From a virus (Duplodnaviria > Heunggongvirae > Uroviricota > Caudoviricetes), in IMG/VR virus record IMGVR_UViG_2551306674_000009: 11,334 nt of DNA. One strand, given 5' to 3'. The position numbers were made by a program, and so were the translations under genes. The notes under the pieces were generated by a model. That model worked only from the letters and a program-made list of their open reading frames with translations, was not told the origin of the DNA and did no database searches. This document shows positions 1-6,165 of this stretch, piece after piece; position 1 is the first letter of the stretch; every line of letters begins with the position of its first letter.

Positions 1-200
1 TGTCAGTTATCATCTTCGGTTACGGTTATCGGCAGAACGCCCTGCCGCTGACAAGAGCTTATTTGCCTGACCAATCTACTTCACATGATAGATAACTATC
101 ATTTATAACATTTCATTGATTAGCCTTTATTTTTCATTGCGTTACAAATAACAGCCCTGTCAAAAACAGCGAAATTAACTACACCATTAACTACACCGTT

Positions 201-240
201 TCACGAACAATATCGAACAACCACGAACAAAGATCAACAC
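201..240 (+). repeat. Four tandem 10-bp units (tcacgaacaa / tatcgaacaa / ccacgaacaa / agatcaacac), consensus NNACGAACAA
   Basis: Read directly; 10-bp helical phasing; same motif recurs at 9431-9460 and, inverted, at 513-526. Confidence 0.6.
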
Positions 241-330
241 GCTTTAACCGTTATCATTTTCCGGCTATCCGTTATAAAGCTGGTGGATGTTCCCCGATAT
301 GGGGATCCCCACCTACCGGAATTTTTGCCA

Positions 331-580
331 GGTTAAATGTTAACCGCTGCCCTGTTAACATTTTTACCAAAAAGGTAGTTAACATTTTTTGCACGTAACC
401 AGACGAATCATAAAGACAAAATCAACAACAACGCTTCATCAGGCAGTTAACATGTTAACTACTACGAAACGGTAATTTTTTCTCTGCGTGAGAGGGGGCG
501 CGGTGTCCAGCTTGTTCGTTGTTCGTAGCTAACCACTCCCCCCCATACCGGATTTTTTTTCCGGTTAACAGTTAATCAGG
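331..580. promoter_or_regulatory. Cluster of GTTAAC(A)-containing motifs including a perfect 16-bp palindrome AGTTAACATGTTAACT (446-461)
   Basis: At least six TGTTAAC-type motifs within 250 bp (331-345, 352-366, 378-391, 446-461, 561-577) plus hairpins ccccgatatgggg (289-301) and accgga-T8-ccggt (547-565). Confidence 0.35.
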
Positions 581-662
581 CTGGTGGGCTTTACCTGTTC
601 GGTAGGTGTTATGATTATCGTAATACCTTTCCCCCAATGGGGTAAAAGCATCAACCGTAACG

Positions 663-1080
663 GTAATCGTTATGGTTGCCTTGATGATCTGCGTGGTGAT
701 TATCATCACCCAAAATCTGGGTGTTACTCTTACTACCCAAACTACGGGTAGTTTCCGTAGTTTCATAGTCGAGTTGCAGATCTGCAACTCCCCCATCAAC
801 CACAGGCGAATTTCCGCCTTCGGTCATTCCTTAATCATCTGCGTAATCATAATGATTATTCAGCCAGCGCAATTTTGCGCTTTGCTTTAAGTTCAACCAG
901 TTACCGCCAGCTTCCCCCAATGGGGGATTGTGGAATAATCAACGGTTTAGGCCTTAATCATCTGCGTAAACATAAGTAATCATAATGATCATTCAGCCAG
1001 CTCAATTTTGAGCTTTGCTTTAAGTTCAGCGAGTTGCCGCCAGCTTCCTCAAATTGAGGTTTCCGAAAATATCAGCGGGT
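663..1080. repeat. Tandem structured repeat units (~125 bp: 829-952 and 953-1080, plus a diverged copy 663-828), each with three hairpin/palindrome modules
   Basis: Units B and C align end to end; paired substitutions keep the stems intact (agcgcaattttgcgct vs agctcaattttgagct; cccccaatggggg vs cctcaaattgagg). Unit A has its own hairpins (aaactacgg-N7-ccgtagttt; gagttgcagatctgcaactc). Confidence 0.6.
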
Positions 1081-1214
1081 TAGCGATTAAGCTGACCATT
1101 AATTAAACTGCGAAAATTTCGTAGTTTGTGACTGTCTTTCAGGCAGCTTGTTAACAGTCCTCAGAAGCGAGGGATGTAGCCACCCATTTTGGGGCCGTCG
1201 GGAATATCAACCAG

Positions 1215-1496
1215 TTACCGCCGCAACCGCTCCGGCTTCTTCCAGTGGTACGTTATTTTCTCCTTCTCCCGATACATCTCCACGCGGCGACGGTAGGCCA
1301 GCAACTCAAGAACTCTGGTTCGTATGTTGCGCATATCCACGCCATTAAGTTCTATACCATCACGGCGCATCACCTCAGCAACAACACGCGCATAGTTTTC
1401 GGCTGTCACGCTGTCCGGCTGCGTGGCCTGTTCGTCAGCCTGCTGGCTGATTCCGGCGACGCGGCGGATTAATCCCAGTAGTTCGGCTTCTGTCAT
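1215..1496 (-). CDS. Hypothetical protein (93 aa)
   Basis: ORF with GGGGG Shine-Dalgarno 4 nt before the ATG; begins immediately outside the cosQ side of the cos site at 1531. No recognisable family. Confidence 0.45.
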   Translation of the reverse strand: MTEAELLGLIRRVAGISQQADEQATQPDSVTAENYARVVAEVMRRDGIELNGVDMRNIRTRVLELLAYRRRVEMYREKEKITYHWKKPERLRR

Positions 1497-1530
1497 TGTG
1501 CCCCCATCGCTCTGATAGTCTGGTGTCGTC

Positions 1531-1735
1531 GGGTCCTTCCTGGAATTATGGCCCGTTACGGGGCGGCGACCTCGCGGATTTTATCTGTTTATGAAAATTT
1601 TCTGGCAAAAGTCAGATCCGTTCTTCTTCTCTGTAACAGATTGTTTAACAATGAAAACATTAAAAAAAGAAAGGATCTGACACGAGGCATTTTAGCCAGA
1701 AAATGCCATTATCAGATCCTTTCTCATTTTTGTTC
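1531..1735 (+). other. Lambda-type cos site (cosQ-like, cosN 1561-1572, cosB with three R-like elements)
   Basis: Exact lambda cohesive-end 12-mer GGGCGGCGACCT at 1561-1572, followed by cgcggattttatctgtttatgaaaatttt (compare lambda CGCGGGTTTTCGCTATTTATGAAAATTTT); R-like elements at 1614-1626 (+), 1667-1686 (inverted) and 1714-1725 (+), core cAGATCC(g/t)TTCT. Confidence 0.75.
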
Positions 1736-1751
1736 AATAATTGCGCTGCGG

Positions 1752-2294
1752 TTACTCACGTTTCTTCTGTAGCAACTTTTCCGGTACGTTTCCGGTTGTT
1801 TCGGCCAGGTAATCAGCCAGTATCTGCGGAAGGTTGTCGGCAACTCTGGCACTGGCATTACAGGCTTTAACCACTTCCCTTTTAAGCCCATCCAGCATGG
1901 CGGGGGTAATCTGTGGGAAGCTCCTTTGCATCGTAAGCGGTAGGCTGTCCATGATTGAAGAAATCTGACTCGCCAGTTTTGAAAGCGCGTACATGCAAAA
2001 CTCTGTATCAATTACGTCACCGCGATCGCGCTCGTTTTTAAGTTCCTGCGCCTCCGCCTGGGCGGTCAGTAATCTGATCCTGACTCGTAAGAGTTCATCA
2101 TCATCAATCTCGCCTTTGTCGTTTGTAACCTGGTTAATTACATTGCTTACCCGATTGTCTATCACGCTGGCAACATCGTAAAAAGCCTCGCGTCCTTTAC
2201 GTTCAACGGGAGTCACTCCCCACTTGTCGAACGCTGTCGCACTTACACGGCAGCTTTTCGCCATGTTTTTTTTGTTCATCAGGTGCGATTTCAT
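1752..2294 (-). CDS. terS: Terminase small subunit, lambda Nu1-like
   Basis: C-terminal two thirds align closely with lambda Nu1 (LTAQAEAQELKNERDRGDVIDTEFCMYALSKLASQISSIMDSLPLTMQRSFP vs LTRAQADAQELKNARDSAEVVETAFCTFVLSRIAGEIASILDGLPLSVQRRFP); N-terminal DNA-binding region diverged. Start set at the second ATG (MKSHL) because it has a GGGGA SD; the ORF track begins 12 nt upstream at 2306. Confidence 0.85.
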   Translation of the reverse strand: MKSHLMNKKNMAKSCRVSATAFDKWGVTPVERKGREAFYDVASVIDNRVSNVINQVTNDKGEIDDDELLRVRIRLLTAQAEAQELKNERDRGDVIDTEFCMYALSKLASQISSIMDSLPLTMQRSFPQITPAMLDGLKREVVKACNASARVADNLPQILADYLAETTGNVPEKLLQKKRE

Positions 2295-2423
2295 CAATAT
2301 CCCCACTTAAGTAATGTTTCAGGTTGGTGTATTGGTTTTATCTTTCCCTTTTTATTCATAGAGATAGAGCGAACAACAAAACCACCACCAGCACCCGAAA
2401 AAGGCTCATAAATAGTGAAAACG

Positions 2424-2470
2424 CGCGAGGTCGCCGCCCCGTAACGGGTCCATATGCCGGAAAGGACCCG
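2424..2470 (-). other. Second cosN-containing repeat (cosQ-like + cosN + start of cosB), inverted relative to 1531-1577
   Basis: Reverse complement of GGGCGGCGACCT at 2428-2439; on the minus strand reads cgggtcctttccggcatatggacccgttacg|GGGCGGCGACCT|CGCGCGTTTTCACTATTTATGA, closely matching the remembered lambda right-end/left-end junction. No R-like elements between it and terS. Confidence 0.7.
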
Positions 2471-2494
2471 TAAAAAAAGCCGGATTTCTCCGGC
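2471..2494 (-). terminator. Rho-independent terminator after the head operon
   Basis: Minus strand: gccggagaaatccggc followed by TTTTTTT, directly after the stop of the 137-aa gene. Confidence 0.7.
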
Positions 2495-2499
2495 CTGTC

Positions 2500-2913
2500 T
2501 CAGATGGTTTTCAGTATGCGATCGATGTCGCCGTCATCGCCCGGGTTTCTGCCATCGTATGCCATGCCAGCTGATACGGCTTGCGGGCTGTGCATGTCCA
2601 TAAAGTTTTCAAAGGCTGCGGTAAGCTCCGGCGCAACCCTCGGACGTTCCTGCTCTATGGTCATGCTAAGGATGCTTTTAGCCGTACCAACATCGATACA
2701 AGGCACGTTTGCCATTGCACGTAACAGCGGCTGATAGTCGCCAGATTCATCAAGCGCCATAATCGCATCAGCGCGCGGCTTGTCCTGCTCTTCCAGTTTG
2801 TTAAGTTGATATATGGCCTCGTAGGTTGATAACCCTCTGTCAGCCATTGCCCGCGCTTCGGCTTTAAATTTACTCGCCAGCGGTAGCGTCATGATGCTTT
2901 CATTCGTTGCCAT
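2500..2913 (-). CDS. Hypothetical protein (137 aa), last gene of the head operon
   Basis: ORF with AGGGGG SD; sits after the gpD-like gene and before a terminator. No confident family assignment. Confidence 0.55.
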   Translation of the reverse strand: MATNESIMTLPLASKFKAEARAMADRGLSTYEAIYQLNKLEEQDKPRADAIMALDESGDYQPLLRAMANVPCIDVGTAKSILSMTIEQERPRVAPELTAAFENFMDMHSPQAVSAGMAYDGRNPGDDGDIDRILKTI

Positions 2914-2925
2914 CGTTCCCCCTGC

Positions 2926-3261
2926 TTATCGCGCCAGCGGCTGAACGGATACGCCAGAACCAGCAAAGGCGGCGCATTTTTTCGCGTCAGTGTCGGCGCT
3001 TTCAGGCCAGTTTACGGCGGCGATATTAAATATCCCCGTCTTGTAACACTGTGCTGATTTCTGCGTCGACGTGTCCACGGGGTACGAGGTCAGATAAACA
3101 GCCTTGCCAGATTCCTGACCATCCCACGCCTTAAACTCGCCATTGTCCGCCAGCATCAGCGGGGTAAATTCCTGAATAACGCCAGCATCAGCGGCAAAAT
3201 GTACCAGCGTCGTGGATACCTGCTGGCTGCCTGCAAATAACTCAATGTATGGAGTGTCCAT
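2926..3261 (-). CDS. Head decoration protein, lambda gpD-like
   Basis: 111 aa; aligns with lambda gpD (TPLMLADNGEFKAWDG vs TPLMLDTSSRKLVAWDG; KKCAAFAGSGVSV vs KRTAFAGTAISIV); GGGGG SD. Confidence 0.85.
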   Translation of the reverse strand: MDTPYIELFAGSQQVSTTLVHFAADAGVIQEFTPLMLADNGEFKAWDGQESGKAVYLTSYPVDTSTQKSAQCYKTGIFNIAAVNWPESADTDAKKCAAFAGSGVSVQPLAR

Positions 3262-3272
3262 AGAATCCCCCG

Positions 3273-4328
3273 TTAAGCAATTTTGACAGTAACAAATTTG
3301 CGAATATCTGCCGGAACCGGCTGCGGTGCGCTGTGCGTCTGCACGTACTCAATCGCCGGATCGCCGTCCTCAATCCAGTTTTTCGGGTAGTACATGTTTT
3401 GCGTTGCCTTCGTTCTTACTGCGTCCTGATCCATAATCGCACCATAGGCCACCAGCCCTTTATTGTTGGTGTTGCCCAGGACCAGCAAATCAGGTTCAAG
3501 GAAATATTTTTCTGTGCCGTCGCTGTCGGCGTATTTGCCGGAATAGACGATAAGGGCAATATCGCCCAGATAGCCTTTAAAGCTCACCACTTCGCCCAGG
3601 TTTTTACAGGCCAGTTCGGCGGCGGATTCTGAACCACGGGAAAGATCGTACAGCTCACGGAATTTTTTAAAGCTGCGTAACGTGCGCCATACCTCAGCGC
3701 CCATAATCATGACGTTTGCGGGGCAACCAGCCTGATCAGCATAAAGCTCGATGTCATAGATTGGATCGTGCATCTCTTTATCCTGCTCGGACCATTTTTT
3801 ACCCTTGGCCTGCTCTATGATGCAGTTTTCCGGTATTTTCCAGTCTATTTCATAGCGTTCTATGCCTTCGCCCTCAATAATGTTTTTTCCGGTCGTTATC
3901 GCATTCACCGCCAGCCATTCCACGCGCGCTTTAATGGCGTTTACCTGGCGGCGCATGTTGCCAGTAATCAGGCGCATACGTCGGTAGGTAGGGTCGTTAA
4001 GCTGTGCCGGATCTTCTCCAGCCATGCGCATGATGGTTTTTGTTGGATCGATTTCGTGCTTTGGCTTCATGTAGCCAGGTTTAATCGTGCTGGTTTCGTA
4101 TCCTTTATCGCGCTGTACCTGGCTGCCAACCATAGGCGAACAAAACGCCGACATGGTGACTTCTTCAATGTCCAGGGTATCCAGCATGATGTTTTGGGTG
4201 CTGAATGTCGCCACGTTCGGGAAAAACAGCGTGATAAACAGCGGACTGAATTTAAATTCCGCAATATCCCCGCGATTCAGGTACGCAAAAAGCTGGTTAG
4301 TGTTAAGTGCCGTTGCTTTGCCTGCCAT
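3273..4328 (-). CDS. Major capsid protein, lambda gpE-like
   Basis: 351 aa; conserved blocks versus lambda gpE (FKFSPLF, PGYMKPKHEIDP, DPTYRRMRLI, YPKNWIEDGDPAIEY...SAP). Confidence 0.9.
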   Translation of the reverse strand: MAGKATALNTNQLFAYLNRGDIAEFKFSPLFITLFFPNVATFSTQNIMLDTLDIEEVTMSAFCSPMVGSQVQRDKGYETSTIKPGYMKPKHEIDPTKTIMRMAGEDPAQLNDPTYRRMRLITGNMRRQVNAIKARVEWLAVNAITTGKNIIEGEGIERYEIDWKIPENCIIEQAKGKKWSEQDKEMHDPIYDIELYADQAGCPANVMIMGAEVWRTLRSFKKFRELYDLSRGSESAAELACKNLGEVVSFKGYLGDIALIVYSGKYADSDGTEKYFLEPDLLVLGNTNNKGLVAYGAIMDQDAVRTKATQNMYYPKNWIEDGDPAIEYVQTHSAPQPVPADIRKFVTVKIA

Positions 4329-4534
4329 TATTCACCCCCATAATTTTTATGCATCCCAAGCGCCGCAAGTAAATAAGAGCGCACAAGTGAACCTATCGAC
4401 GGCTCCGGCGTCATCAGCGGATCCAGTCCAGCCGCTACGCCAGCCTCATAGTTTTTTTTGTGGCGCTGCTTGAGCACCTCCACGATTTCGGGGCTTATGT
4501 ACACCGAAACACCGCCTTTTTTCTCTTCTGCCAT
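4328..4534 (-). CDS. Small protein (68 aa), first gene of the head operon
   Basis: Stop overlaps the capsid start (TAATG); AGAGGA SD; beta-strand/helix pattern (VSVYISPEIVEVLKQ) could be RHH-like. Function unknown. Confidence 0.5.
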   Translation of the reverse strand: MAEEKKGGVSVYISPEIVEVLKQRHKKNYEAGVAAGLDPLMTPEPSIGSLVRSYLLAALGMHKNYGGE

Positions 4535-4567
4535 AGTCAGAAATTCCTCTTTGACTTAAAAAATCAC

Positions 4568-4618
4568 AACTGGATGTTCATCCAGTTATGATTATAATCA
4601 TGATTGCATTTTGCGCAA
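4568..4618 (-). promoter_or_regulatory. Head-operon promoter with SOS-box-like operator
   Basis: Minus strand -35 TTGCGC (4613-4618), 16-bp spacer, -10 TATAAT (4591-4596); palindrome aACTGGATGAACATCCAGTt (4568-4587) just downstream of the -10 has the CTG-N10-CAG LexA-box geometry. Confidence 0.45.
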
Positions 4619-4696
4619 TAAAATTGAGTTGTGTTGCAAATTATGAAATGGTTTACAGCAACAGTAGTCACCATGCTGTTAACCTCGTAAGCAAAA

Positions 4697-4735
4697 GCCC
4701 GATAAGCTTCCTCCTGTACTTATCGGGCTTTTTTT
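4697..4735 (+). terminator. Rho-independent terminator (plus strand; weak on minus)
   Basis: gcccgataag-N12-cttatcgggc followed by TTTTTTT on the plus strand. Confidence 0.6.
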
Positions 4736-4741
4736 GGGCGC

Positions 4742-4763
4742 AAAAAAGCCGGATTGCTCCGGC
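4742..4763 (-). terminator. Rho-independent terminator after the 74-aa gene
   Basis: Minus strand: gccggagcaatccggc followed by TTTTTT; same sequence family as the terminators at 2471-2494 and 5105-5128. Confidence 0.7.
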
Positions 4764-4783
4764 TATGTGTGCTGTGTGCTGGC

Positions 4784-5008
4784 TCAGTCTCTGATCTCTT
4801 TCAGAAATTCTATCAATGCATCTATCTGTTCAGGATTTACCGCCAGCATTTCACCGGATAGAGCACATCTCACAAAACCATGCTGATCCTTTTCAATCAG
4901 TGCGCCCGTCTCCAGGAATGCGCGGTAATCATTGATGCTCATCGTCTCCATGTTGTCAGCATGGTATTTATCACGCTGTTTTAATATCTCATCAAATTTC
5001 ATCGGCAT
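4784..5008 (-). CDS. Hypothetical protein (74 aa), stand-alone moron-like gene
   Basis: AGGAAA SD; terminator upstream (5105-5128) and downstream (4742-4763), so apparently its own transcription unit between the replication and head modules. Confidence 0.55.
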   Translation of the reverse strand: MPMKFDEILKQRDKYHADNMETMSINDYRAFLETGALIEKDQHGFVRCALSGEMLAVNPEQIDALIEFLKEIRD

Positions 5009-5104
5009 TGTTTTTTTCCTCTGTTGTGTCTGTTTGTTTCAGATAGTAACTATGCCTGACCGTGACGAAAACCCGGTAATGCGCCATACCGTTTCAACTG
5101 GTGC

Positions 5105-5128
5105 AATAAAAGCCGGATTTCTCCGGCT
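5105..5128 (-). terminator. Rho-independent terminator ending the replication/regulatory operon
   Basis: Minus strand: agccggagaaatccggct followed by TTTTATT, directly after the PerC-like gene stop. Confidence 0.65.
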
Positions 5129-5134
5129 GTTTGA

Positions 5135-5407
5135 TTAGCTGTCCTGGTAATTGCGCCATATTTCATCACCAGCACCATCTATACCCATTTCGGCATAAGT
5201 GCGATCGACTGCCTTTTTCAGGTCTCCGAAATTATCCGGCGGCTCCGGTGCCCTCTGTGCCTTCCTTGAACATTCCAGCCGTCGCATCGTGATGTGATGC
5301 CGTTCCTTGTCTGTCTCCACCAGCTGCATGACTTCACCCCATCGCGCCGCCGCCCTCCGGTAAAAGCCTTTCGCCTCCAGTTCCTCCGCTATGCGGTCAT
5401 GTACCAT
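5135..5407 (-). CDS. PerC-family transcriptional regulator-like protein
   Basis: Motif AEELEAKGFYRRAAARWGEVM resembles the PerC/Pch signature as I recall it; start placed at the internal ATG (MVHDRI) with a GAGGGGG SD rather than the longer ORF-track start at 5527. Confidence 0.55.
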   Translation of the reverse strand: MVHDRIAEELEAKGFYRRAAARWGEVMQLVETDKERHHITMRRLECSRKAQRAPEPPDNFGDLKKAVDRTYAEMGIDGAGDEIWRNYQDS

Positions 5408-5417
5408 CGTCACCCCC

Positions 5418-5713
5418 TCAGAACGAAATATCATCACCGTAAGGGTCATCGCCTCCCGCTGGTGGCTGATTACCCTGTGTGCCTGTGGTTTTGCGTCTGT
5501 TCCCGCCAGGACGGGCAGCACGGGCACTGATTACACTGTCTGCGATAACCTGCCAGCCCTGCCGCGTTTCGCCGTTCTGGCCTGTCCGTCCTGTGCCTGG
5601 CTGCATGGCAAAGATACCGCCATACGCGCCAGCGTCATCGGTGTGCCCTTGCTGGTCTGTTTTACCTGCGGGTCGTCCACCAGCCGCCCGTAAGCGGCTA
5701 TCTGTGCTGTCAT
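5418..5713 (-). pseudogene. SSB-like remnant spanning two reading frames
   Basis: Frame from 5713: MTAQIAAYGRLVDDPQVKQTSKGTPMTLARMAVSL (SSB N-terminus-like); a second frame ending at 5418 is Gly/Gln-rich and ends DDPYGDDISF (SSB acidic tail-like). Start overlaps the upstream stop (ATGA) and the second frame ends 10 nt before the next gene. About 98 codons in total, too short for a full OB fold. Confidence 0.35.
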
Positions 5714-5961
5714 GATTCCACCTCTCCGGTTTTAACGTTGATGGTTGTTACCTGTTCCGCTTCGGCAATCTCCCGTTCTGTCAGCGTGGCAAAGTTTGCC
5801 GCCGCCGTGGTCATGAATGCGCTTATCAGGTCGGGATGTTCCTTCGCGTATCCTTCCCGCGTGTGGCGGTCTATCGTTCTGATTGCCACCTTTAAGGTGT
5901 GCTCAGTCATGTCTAACGCTTTATATTTTGGCTCTGTTCTGTCTCTGCGTTTTTGGGTCAT
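5710..5961 (-). CDS. Hypothetical protein (~83 aa)
   Basis: First ATG with GAGAGG SD at 5961 (ORF-track start at 5991 is GTG and lies inside the iterons); stop overlaps the SSB-like start. Confidence 0.45.
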   Translation of the reverse strand: MTQKRRDRTEPKYKALDMTEHTLKVAIRTIDRHTREGYAKEHPDLISAFMTTAAANFATLTEREIAEAEQVTTINVKTGEVES

Positions 5962-5969
5962 TTCTCGCA

Positions 5970-6165
5970 ACCTCTCACTTTTTCGCCTCACTTTTTCAAG
6001 CGTCTCACTTCGTCGCAGTTGGGATTTTCGGTTTTTCTATGTGTGTGTTTCATAAGTATTTTTTTACCCCTCACTTTTGAGGATGTATACAGGTCGAAAA
6101 GTGAGGGAGAGCGGGCTAATTTTGGCCCTCTTTCTATCCCCCTCGCTTTTGCTCCTCACTTTTAT
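5970..6165. repeat. Putative replication origin: CTCACTTTT iterons flanking an AT-rich stretch
   Basis: Copies at 5974-5982, 5987-5995, 6004-6010 (degenerate), 6070-6078, 6097-6105 (inverted), 6142-6150 (degenerate), 6155-6163; AT-rich 6020-6068; immediately 3' of the rep gene. Confidence 0.65.

Noticed and set aside
572-890. Overlapping 75-aa (minus) and 72-aa (plus) ORFs
   Set aside because: Lie inside the tandem hairpin repeats; translations are repeat-driven with no ribosome-binding sites.
663-1080. CRISPR array
   Set aside because: Units are ~125 bp and internally structured, with no alternation of short identical repeats and unique spacers and no cas genes.
1548-1772. 74-aa plus-strand ORF
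   Set aside because: Covers the cosN/cosB region, where conserved cos sequence explains the DNA better than coding.
1578-2422. Simple inversion of the terS segment restoring the lambda order cosN-cosB-Nu1
   Set aside because: Inverting the segment between the repeats would also flip the R elements, so neither orientation reproduces the lambda arrangement; only the possibility of inversion is kept.
3768-4473. Plus-strand ORFs of 191 and 128 aa
   Set aside because: Entirely antisense to the gpE-like capsid gene and the 68-aa gene; no independent support.
4586-4600. Fur-box reading of AT-rich palindromes such as ATGATTATAATCAT (and similar ones at 683-700 and 846-858)
   Set aside because: Half-site arrangement does not match the Fur consensus cleanly; promoter -10 and hairpin functions are more parsimonious.
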